In this document: in pieces, positions 24,489 to 31,743 of the stretch
Layout of the letters: each line of letters begins with the position of its first letter
Position numbering within the stretch: the first letter of the stretch is position 1
From: a virus
Taxonomy: Duplodnaviria; Caudoviricetes
Virus record (IMG/VR): IMGVR_UViG_3300049208_000029
Span: 1 to 31,743 of that record
Length of the DNA: 31,743 nt
Strand: one strand, 5' to 3'
The notes under the pieces: generated by a model
Told to the model about the DNA's origin: nothing
What the model saw: the letters and a program-made list of their open reading frames with translations, nothing else
The model's database searches: none
Translations under genes and position numbers: made by a program

Positions 24489-24890
24489 ATGAGCCACAAC
24501 TGCGAATACGTGCGGCAGCACTATCAGGTGCCCGCCGAAGTCGGCCGCCGCGTCATCGCCTACGGGAAGCCCGGAGTTATCCTGGCGGACCGCGGCCATT
24601 ACATCGGCGTGGTGCTCGACGAAGACGCGAAGAAGCGAATCGGCAACTACCACCCCACGCACGAAATGCAGTACGGCGAGATGGCCGAGACGCTGCCGCT
24701 AAAAGAGTGGTTGGTGCTTCCGTTCAAGCATGACTGGGACGATCTCGACTGGAACCGGGAAGCTCGCGAAGACCTGGTGAGGGTGTGGGCAGCCACTCGA
24801 AGTCAGGCCAAATACAAAGCCTACGAGCGGCTTCAGGATTACTGCCACAGCATCAAGGCGATGTTGCATTTCAAGGTGCGTCGCGCTTGA
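24489..24890 (+). CDS. Hypothetical phage protein
   Basis: GGAG RBS; YVRQHYQVPAEVGRRV...YHPT. Confidence 0.8.
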   Translation: MSHNCEYVRQHYQVPAEVGRRVIAYGKPGVILADRGHYIGVVLDEDAKKRIGNYHPTHEMQYGEMAETLPLKEWLVLPFKHDWDDLDWNREAREDLVRVWAATRSQAKYKAYERLQDYCHSIKAMLHFKVRRA

Positions 24891-24901
24891 CTCGCGTTCA
24901 C

Positions 24902-25204
24902 TTATTGCTCTTCTCCCTTTAACAAACGGTCTCTTGTCACTGAAACAGACTTGAAAAGAGCCCAAAGATTGCCTAGCAATCTTCTGAGTCCTTCATCTGT
25001 GATTTGCCCAGATCTGAGCTGTTTTGCAAAAGCCTCAATCTGCAGGAAGTAGTTCGACTCGAGATGCTCTTTAAAGTCTTTCCCTGTCAGGGAACCGAGC
25101 TCACGCAGGGCGCTTTCTGCGCGATCACGCTCTGTCCCTAGATGCGTGACGAACGCCTCAATCGAGTTTTGCAGTAAGTAATATTTTTCGTGTAGGCCAT
25201 TCAT
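24902..25204 (-). CDS. Hypothetical moron (100 aa)
   Basis: AGGTG RBS before ATG 25204; AT-richer; opposite strand. Confidence 0.65.
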   Translation of the reverse strand: MNGLHEKYYLLQNSIEAFVTHLGTERDRAESALRELGSLTGKDFKEHLESNYFLQIEAFAKQLRSGQITDEGLRRLLGNLWALFKSVSVTRDRLLKGEEQ

Positions 25205-25292
25205 ATGGTCACCTAATTTGTTTCCGTCGAACACAAATACCCCACTTCTACGAATCACGCCAGCCGGCGCGGGGCGATGAGTAAACGTTCAG

Positions 25293-25844
25293 TTAACGCT
25301 TTATTGAATGATTAGTTTCTTTACAAGCTCGCTCAAACCGCTCCCAACCCAACCTGCAAACCCTGCAATGGACGAGTGCGTTTTGACGGAAAAATTCGAG
25401 CTCTTGCTGACGAAATGCTGTGCTGAACAATGCGGTTTCGGCTGCTGTCACTAAGGAGTCAATGCTTCCTGCGATCGCGTGAAAGCTCTCCACCAAGTCG
25501 TAGCTGCCAAGCTCATGCGACGGCAATTGCCCCATTGCTCGCTGCGAAACCTTGAGCATTTGAGAAAACATCAATTGCCAGTTTTCCTGGACTGTTGCCA
25601 AAGAATTATCCGATGCAAGGAGTGACTCGAATGATAACGAGTTGTGAGCAGCGCTCCTTACGACCGAGTAGATCGACAGTAAATGAGCCCTCTGCTCTTC
25701 TTTTCTGATCCGATTCTGCTCACGAATCTGTCTATTACCTATCAAGAACGCTGCCCATATTGAGGCAATGCCACCAACGGCTTGCACCCACGATGCTAGT
25801 CCCGGGTGACCCTCAATCCAGCAAGAAATGACTTCCCAACTCAT
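25293..25844 (-). CDS. Moron, N-terminal TM plus helical domain
   Basis: GGGGAG RBS; HPGLASWVQAVGGIASIWAAFLIG TM segment. Confidence 0.8.
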   Translation of the reverse strand: MSWEVISCWIEGHPGLASWVQAVGGIASIWAAFLIGNRQIREQNRIRKEEQRAHLLSIYSVVRSAAHNSLSFESLLASDNSLATVQENWQLMFSQMLKVSQRAMGQLPSHELGSYDLVESFHAIAGSIDSLVTAAETALFSTAFRQQELEFFRQNALVHCRVCRLGWERFERACKETNHSIKR

Positions 25845-25891
25845 ATCCCACTCCCCTGTAGATCCCGGAACTATACCGGCGAGGATCCCCT

Positions 25892-27961
25892 ATGTCCGCA
25901 CAACAGAAGAAACACCCCTTCGATTTCAAAACTCAATACGGACTCGGCTTCAGCACTCAGGACGATGAGATCGTTGTCGACTTCTTCTGCGGTGGCGGCG
26001 GCGCCGGTACCGGTCTGGAAATGGGACTGGGCCGCGCTGTGAATGTCGCGAAGAACCATAGCCCTCAGGCGATCAGCATGCATACCGTGAATCACCCGGG
26101 CGCTGTGCACTACACCACCGACGTGTTCGACGGTGATCCCGACACCGAATGTGGCGGTAAGGCCGTGGGCTGGTTCCACATGTCGCCTGACTGCACGCAC
26201 CACAGCCAAGCCGCCGGCGGACAGCCGCGCAAACGCGAGATTCGAAACCTATCGTGGATCGGGCTGAAGTGGGCCGGCAAGAAGAAGCCTCGCGTCATCA
26301 GCTTGGAGAACGTGAAACAGATCCTCCAGTGGGGGCCACTGATCGCCAAGCGCTGCAAGTCGACCGGTCGCGTGATGAAGTTGGGCGGCGCCATTGCCGA
26401 GTCTGGCGAAGTCGTTCCTGTTCACCAGCAGTTCCTGGTACCTGACCCGAAGCGCCGCGGGCAGACGTGGGCGGTGTTCGTCGCCGAGTTGCAGCGTCTG
26501 GGCTACGCCGTCGAATGGCGGGTCATCAAGGCCTGCGATTTCGGCGCGCCAACCAGCCGTGAGCGGCTGTTCATGATCGCCCGGTGCGACGGGCAGCCGA
26601 TTGTGTGGCCTGAGCCAACCCACGCAAAGAACCCGGCCAAGGGCCAACAGAAGTGGCGCACCGCCGCCGAGTGCATCGACTGGACCATCCCGAGCAAAAG
26701 CATCTTTGACCGGTCCAAACCCCTGGCACCGGCCACCCTGCGCCGAATCGCCAAGGGCATGAAGAAATTCGTCATCGATGCGGCCGACCCATTCATCGTG
26801 CCGATCGCGAACTGGTCCGGCGAAAGCGTCCAGTCTGCGCACGATCCACTGCGCACCGTGACATCTTGGCCGCGCGGCGGATCGTTCGCCATGGCGAGCC
26901 CGATCATCGCGCCAGCAACGCATCAGGGCAGCGACCGGGTCAACGATCCACACGCCCCGCTGCCGACGGTCACCTGCGCGAATCGCGGCGAGCTGACGAT
27001 GATCAGTCCGGTGATGGTCACGGCTGCGCATGGCGAAGGGAAACTGGGCGGCGTTCAGCGCTGGGGCGACGGCAGCAAGTTTGCCGGTGACCCGCTGGGC
27101 ACAGTTACTGCGAGCGGCGGGCATTCAATCGCCGCGGCTCACCTGGTGAAGTTCCGCTTTGCGGACGAAGGCAAAGCGCTCGACGAGCCGCTGCCGACCA
27201 TCACCAGCGGCGGCAACTACCAGCGCCCGGCCGGCGCCGCTCACGCCATGGGTATCTCAACCGTATTCATGGCCCAGATGAACGGCGGGTTCAACACAAC
27301 CGACGCCAAGAGCGTCCACGATCCGATGACCACGGTGACGAACACCGGCAGCCAGCAGCAGCTGGTAACGGCGAACCTGGTGCACCTGCGCGGCAACTGC
27401 GATGCACGGGACACCGCCGATCCGCTGCACACTATCAGCGCCGGCGGCACTCACCACGGGCTGGTCACTGCCTTCATGGAACGTCAGTTCGGCGCCAGCG
27501 TTGGCCAGGGTGTGGATGAGCCAGCACCAACCATCACGGCCGGCGGTGGCGGCAAGAGCTCGCTGGTCGAGCTGCAGCTCTCGCCAGAGGTTGAGGCCAG
27601 TGCACTGCGGGTCGCGGCATTCCTGATCAGCTACTACGGCACCGAGAACATGAGCGCCGCAGACGCGCCAGCGCCAACCATCACCACCAAGGATCGGCTG
27701 GGCCTGGTCACCGTGACCATCAAGGGCACGCCTTACGTGATCGTCGACATCTGCCTACGGATGCTGCAACCGGCCGAGCTGTACAAGGCTCAGGGGTTCC
27801 CCGCCGACTACATCATCAGCCACGGCGCCGACGGAAAGCCATTCACGAAGACCCAGCAGGTTCACATGTGCGGCAATAGCGTCAGCCCGCCGCCGATGGC
27901 TGCACTGGCACGGGCCAATGATCCGTGGCGACACTCTTCAATTTATAACGCAGTTGCATGA
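25892..27961 (+). CDS. DNA cytosine-5 methyltransferase (orphan)
   Basis: Motif I DFFCGGGG, catalytic SPDC, ENV, RERLF, GNSV. Confidence 0.93.
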   Translation: MSAQQKKHPFDFKTQYGLGFSTQDDEIVVDFFCGGGGAGTGLEMGLGRAVNVAKNHSPQAISMHTVNHPGAVHYTTDVFDGDPDTECGGKAVGWFHMSPDCTHHSQAAGGQPRKREIRNLSWIGLKWAGKKKPRVISLENVKQILQWGPLIAKRCKSTGRVMKLGGAIAESGEVVPVHQQFLVPDPKRRGQTWAVFVAELQRLGYAVEWRVIKACDFGAPTSRERLFMIARCDGQPIVWPEPTHAKNPAKGQQKWRTAAECIDWTIPSKSIFDRSKPLAPATLRRIAKGMKKFVIDAADPFIVPIANWSGESVQSAHDPLRTVTSWPRGGSFAMASPIIAPATHQGSDRVNDPHAPLPTVTCANRGELTMISPVMVTAAHGEGKLGGVQRWGDGSKFAGDPLGTVTASGGHSIAAAHLVKFRFADEGKALDEPLPTITSGGNYQRPAGAAHAMGISTVFMAQMNGGFNTTDAKSVHDPMTTVTNTGSQQQLVTANLVHLRGNCDARDTADPLHTISAGGTHHGLVTAFMERQFGASVGQGVDEPAPTITAGGGGKSSLVELQLSPEVEASALRVAAFLISYYGTENMSAADAPAPTITTKDRLGLVTVTIKGTPYVIVDICLRMLQPAELYKAQGFPADYIISHGADGKPFTKTQQVHMCGNSVSPPPMAALARANDPWRHSSIYNAVA

Positions 27962-27992
27962 AAATGCATGAAAATAATTATTAATACCTAAA

Positions 27993-29033
27993 TCAATCAT
28001 CTAAGTGGTGTCCGTAACCTCTTGGCACCACATTATACACTTGCTGAAAGGCGAGACGTTCCTCTTCGGAAAGATATGCCCATAAAGGGTCATCACCATT
28101 ATCTTCGTAAACCCAATCATAACTGACTCGCTCAGCAAAGCCACGCCAGTCGCTAATTAGCATCCAGTCTCTGACAACGCCATATATCGTTCGATCCACA
28201 CTGATGTGCTCATGGTAATCAACGGGGACGATTGCCATTAACTGAGCCAAGGTATGAACTCCGAACGAGTTGAGCTCATTAATCAGATCCTCATAGCCTG
28301 ACTTGGGCTTGAGAGATTTCAGCTGGACACTGTGACGAGCCGCCCATTCGTCCACAAACCTAACTAACGCGACAGAATCTATAGGAGACTCCAAGCTTCC
28401 CGACTTAATATCCTCTTGAACCTGTGCTATATGCGCATCCATCTCTCGGGATAATTCATCCAAACCCTTATCTGCAAGCTCTAGCATACCAGCATATAGA
28501 TATAACTTCCTTTCGGCATCCTCCGGAAGCTTACCCGCAAACTTATAGTTTCTGTCGTGAGCAAGCTCAGCCCACGCGTGCTGAAGTACTGTACGAACCT
28601 GAAACTCAAATTTTAAGCCTTTCAAATTTTTATATTCGGGAAGCACAAACCTGGCTTCTCCCATATCACATACAAAATGCACTGACCTATAACCTGTCTG
28701 ATCTACAGACATTTGTCGTTCTTTATCGCTTGAGTTTTTCACGTCGATAGTGAAAGATCTTTCTATGAGATTAGACACCCTAACCAAATCAGACTCAAAA
28801 AAGACAATTATTCGAATACCACCGAGATCAGTGAGCTGCTCGGCCGGAGACGTATAATTCTTTCGCCTAACTTTTTCCAAAGCACTTTCAGTGTCTTTGA
28901 CTCTTGATGAAATTGCCAAATAGTCAATCTTATCCCCTTGCATTAAACTGGCCATAATTGATGACACCAGCGAAGTTAATGCTTGGTACTTCGGCAGTGT
29001 TTCAGCTAACCAGCTCGAAAGATCTTGAGTCAT
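27993..29033 (-). CDS. RelA/SpoT-domain small alarmone synthetase with C-terminal extension
   Basis: SRVK, DLGGIR, GYRSVH, EFQVRT..QHAWAE..HD motifs; AT-rich; GGAG RBS before ATG 29033. Confidence 0.92.
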   Translation of the reverse strand: MTQDLSSWLAETLPKYQALTSLVSSIMASLMQGDKIDYLAISSRVKDTESALEKVRRKNYTSPAEQLTDLGGIRIIVFFESDLVRVSNLIERSFTIDVKNSSDKERQMSVDQTGYRSVHFVCDMGEARFVLPEYKNLKGLKFEFQVRTVLQHAWAELAHDRNYKFAGKLPEDAERKLYLYAGMLELADKGLDELSREMDAHIAQVQEDIKSGSLESPIDSVALVRFVDEWAARHSVQLKSLKPKSGYEDLINELNSFGVHTLAQLMAIVPVDYHEHISVDRTIYGVVRDWMLISDWRGFAERVSYDWVYEDNGDDPLWAYLSEEERLAFQQVYNVVPRGYGHHLDD

Positions 29034-29155
29034 TACCTGCTCCATAAATGTATATAGGCTAGCCACTGCACTGACAGTTCTGATGTATCAAAGACACGTC
29101 AATATAAAGTTATACCTTGCAACTGCTTTGGTGATCATACCTTTGAGGTAGCCCC

Positions 29156-29656
29156 ATGCCTACATCAATCGATTCGTTTGGCGAGCTCGACGGACGGTGC
29201 ATCGAGCCCTCTACTTTGGTCGATTACGTGAACCACCGTTCGCTTGTCGCCGCCAAACGGCACAGCGCCAGCTCCCCCGCAACTAATCTGCCTCTGAAAG
29301 ATTCGCAATTTATGATTGGTTCGAAGCTTCCGGCCTACTACATCATGCCCGCATGCCACCCGGATAACCACGACCGCGACACCATTGTGCCCGTCTGCAT
29401 GCCACTCAACTTGAGCAAAGCTCACATGCCGCTGGCAGCGTCGCGCAACCGGCTGGCCGGGCAAGTCAACGCCCAAACCTTACGAGCCCAGTTACCGCAT
29501 GGTGGAGGCGTACGGATTAGCCATCTTCACCAATGGCTGGCCGACCTCACCAGCGATCCGTTCAACCGCCAGCCCGGCGAAACCCGAACCATCGCAGTGT
29601 TCCGCGCCGTGGTGTTCGCCAAGTCCGGCGCCACCGTAAAGTCCCCGCCGAACTGA
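29156..29656 (+). pseudogene. Degenerate or mosaic phage gene remnant
   Basis: Good RBS and start, but atypical middle; only the C-terminal GETRTIAVFRAVVFAK part looks like a phage protein (DUF2591-like). Confidence 0.4.
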
Positions 29657-29715
29657 TCCAGTAATAACCCCAACCACTCAACAGCCTGCCGGTGTACGGC
29701 GGGCGAGGTATCCCT

Positions 29716-30213
29716 ATGTCCGAAGAAAAGAATGCATTCCGCGACGCTGCTATCGAAGCCATCACGGATATGGCTCAGCATCTGCCGCTTGATTGCGAGC
29801 TGCTGGTGGTGGCCTGCCGCCCCGACAAGAAAGACTTTGACCTGGTGCTGCCGTCGCCCGAGTCGAACCTGAACAATGCCTTGGACGCGCTGCGCCGAAA
29901 CGGCCTGAGCATCGACGGCGACAACGCCTACAAGCGCGACCTGCTGGACGCTGTGGTCGGATCGCTGGCCCTCGGCGTGCAGAACAGCAACCCGCCGCCA
30001 TCCTCTCACTGGGCAACGCGATTCTGGGAAATCGGCCGGGAAGAGCGCGAGCTGCACGAAGACCTGGTCGCGGCGCTGAAACTCACCCGCGAAAACCTGC
30101 GCGCCTGCCAAGCAACCATCCACCTGTGCGGCGGCTTCGACCCCGCATATGTCGACGATGCGCAGGCTGCCATGAAGGTTGCTGACGCAGTTCTGGCCAA
30201 GGCCGGCGCATAA
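29716..30213 (+). CDS. Hypothetical phage protein
   Basis: GAGG RBS before ATG 29716. Confidence 0.8.
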   Translation: MSEEKNAFRDAAIEAITDMAQHLPLDCELLVVACRPDKKDFDLVLPSPESNLNNALDALRRNGLSIDGDNAYKRDLLDAVVGSLALGVQNSNPPPSSHWATRFWEIGREERELHEDLVAALKLTRENLRACQATIHLCGGFDPAYVDDAQAAMKVADAVLAKAGA

Positions 30214-30257
30214 CCCATCACCACCTTCTGCCGCCACGCGCGGCATGGAGCATCACA

Positions 30258-30491
30258 ATGGCAAAAATTCTGGCCCAGATCACGGTCAAGTTGCCGCGCC
30301 TTATGGAGGCAGGCGAATACAGAAAGCTCCGCTACGTCGGCGGCAAGCCGAGTTTGCAGCAGTTGAAAAAATGGATTGAGGAAGGCGAAGTGGTAGGAGA
30401 AGTAAAAGGCGGGATGTATTTCGTGGATGTGCAGGCGGCCGTGATGGGGTCAGATGATCCCCTGCTGGCCAAGATGTTGGAGATAGGCTGA
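30258..30491 (+). CDS. Excisionase-like protein
   Basis: 77 aa, wHTH-like PSLQQLKKWIEEG...GGMYFVD; TGATG overlap with integrase. Confidence 0.75.
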   Translation: MAKILAQITVKLPRLMEAGEYRKLRYVGGKPSLQQLKKWIEEGEVVGEVKGGMYFVDVQAAVMGSDDPLLAKMLEIG

Positions 30492-31627
30492 TGGCTGCCC
30501 GGCCGCGCACGCTCAAAAACAGGAAGCTACCGCCAAATCTTTACCCGAACGGTAAATATTTTCGGTACCGGAACCCCATTACCGGCTTGATGACCAGCAT
30601 CAACCGCCCACTTGAGGAAGCAATCAAGCTCGCGCACGCAGCAAACCTCAAGGTCGCGGCGCTGGTCGTCGATGACGGGGCGCTGCTCACCCTGCTGACC
30701 GGCGACCGGTTGCCGACGGTGAGCAACCTGCTGCAGCGCTTCAATGACGAATGGCTGGTCGACAAGGGCTATGCGGCGCGGACACTGGAAGAGATCAAAT
30801 TCAAGCTCGAGCGGTACCGGCAGGATCTCGGCGATCGACTGATCGGGCAGATGGACGTGCTGGCCATGGCCGAATACCTGGACCAGTTCAGTAACAACGC
30901 CTACACCAAGCATCGCGGGCTGTGGGTGCAGATCTTCGCTTTCGCCGTGGCCAAAGGGTTGGCCGAGCGCAATTGCGCCGAGCTGACACTGGTGAAGAAG
31001 GAAGCCGAGAAGAAGCGCCAGCGGCACACGCTGGAAGGACTACAGACGATCATCGGCGCGGCGACCACGCCGCCCTGGCTGAAACGGGCAATCCGCTTGG
31101 CACTGGCAAGCCTCCAGCGCCGCGAGGATATCGTGACCTGGCTGAAGTCGGCGGTCGACATGGACAAGAACACCTTGACGGTGTCGCCGGGTAAGACCCA
31201 GGGCTACGACAACCCGGTCCACCTGAAAATCACCATGGGCGCCGCGCTGCGTGAAGTCGTCGGCGAGTGCCTGCGATCGCCGCTGGTGTCGCCTTATTTG
31301 ATCCACTACAAGCCGAAGGCCCGGCGAAGGGAACAGGTCGACGCGAAGGATCACTGGACGTCGGTAACGCCGGACTACCTGACCAAGGAGTTCAGCAAGG
31401 CGCGGGACGCGGCGCACGCTTATGACCATGTGCCGGCCGGTGAGCGCCCCACTTTTCACGAGATCCGCGCTTTAGGTGCGTGGCTGTACGAGCAGCAGAA
31501 TTTCCCGCAGGAATACATTCAGGCGCTGCTGGGCCACGCGGACGAGAAGATGACGAAGCACTATCAGGAGGGACACGGCGACAAGACGATCGACTATGTT
31601 GAGGTGAGCGCCGAACTGGCGTTCTGA
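30491..31627 (+). CDS. int: Tyrosine integrase, lambda type with N-terminal arm-binding domain
   Basis: LPPNLY..YFRYRNP arm domain; catalytic R (QRREDI), K, FHEIR, LLGH, Y. Confidence 0.96.
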   Translation: MAARPRTLKNRKLPPNLYPNGKYFRYRNPITGLMTSINRPLEEAIKLAHAANLKVAALVVDDGALLTLLTGDRLPTVSNLLQRFNDEWLVDKGYAARTLEEIKFKLERYRQDLGDRLIGQMDVLAMAEYLDQFSNNAYTKHRGLWVQIFAFAVAKGLAERNCAELTLVKKEAEKKRQRHTLEGLQTIIGAATTPPWLKRAIRLALASLQRREDIVTWLKSAVDMDKNTLTVSPGKTQGYDNPVHLKITMGAALREVVGECLRSPLVSPYLIHYKPKARRREQVDAKDHWTSVTPDYLTKEFSKARDAAHAYDHVPAGERPTFHEIRALGAWLYEQQNFPQEYIQALLGHADEKMTKHYQEGHGDKTIDYVEVSAELAF

Positions 31628-31634
31628 GGTGGGG

Positions 31635-31666
31635 GTTTTGCAAAAGTTTTGCAAAAGTTTTGCAAA
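31635..31666. repeat. Three tandem integrase arm-type sites
   Basis: GTTTTGCAAAA x3 (third ends one base short), immediately after int. Confidence 0.75.
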
Positions 31667-31677
31667 TCTCAGACAAC

Positions 31678-31708
31678 AAAAAAGGGCTCACCTTTCGGTG
31701 AGCCCTTC
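31678..31708 (-). terminator. Intrinsic terminator, probably of the adjacent tRNA
   Basis: AAGGGCTCACC-gaaa-GGTGAGCCC followed by T6 on minus strand. Confidence 0.85.
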
Positions 31709-31736
31709 TAGACCGCCCAGCAGAGCGGATTTTGTT

Positions 31737-31743
31737 TGGTAGG
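31737..31743 (-). tRNA. Probable 3' end (CCTACCA) of a tRNA used as attachment site
   Basis: Only 7 nt visible; CCA end upstream of terminator and next to int; identity (possibly Val) cannot be confirmed. Confidence 0.4.

Larger units (their letters stand above)
1..31743. mobile_element. Lambdoid temperate prophage (partial; extends beyond left edge)
   Basis: Canonical gene order head-terminase-lysis-Q-nin-replication-cro/cI-recombination-xis-int, ending in arm-type repeats and a probable tRNA 3' end. Confidence 0.97.

Noticed and set aside
24396-24662. N-terminal 89 aa of the 370-aa putAbiC ORF
   Set aside because: Overlaps the plus-strand gene 24489..24890 and its leader; composition shifts at about 24395
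25892-29033. Methyltransferase plus neighbour as a restriction-modification system
   Set aside because: The neighbour is a RelA/SpoT synthetase on the opposite strand; no endonuclease is adjacent
29165-29476. 103-aa minus-strand ORF as antitoxin of the synthetase
   Set aside because: Non-ATG start, no RBS or recognisable features, lies in a degenerate region about 130 bp away

Overview
Right-hand ~32 kb of an integrated lambdoid prophage, most likely from Pseudomonas (inferred from gene content and intergenic style). The window runs from the head module to the integrase and attachment end. The minus strand carries the early-right and late operons: cro, cII-like, Rha/antirepressor, replication initiator with five iterons, NinB/NinG-like, Q-like antiterminator, lysis genes with nested spanins, terminases, portal, minor head protein and scaffold. 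The plus strand carries cI, immunity-region cargo and the early-left operon (Bet, YqaJ exonuclease, C5 methyltransferase, excisionase, integrase). A full switch is readable: OR and OL triple operators, pR, pL and boxA. Accessory cargo is dense: a DUF6978-like/DUF1828-like gene pair in the rexAB position, a LexA-boxed small gene, a YceK-like lipoprotein, a putAbiC-like protein, a stand-alone RelA/SpoT synthetase and several orphan morons. Non-coding signals not explained by the genes include a 36-37 bp palindrome in three separate operons, a predicted oop-like antisense RNA, and several structured RNA candidates. Family assignments come from motif recognition by eye, not from database searches.
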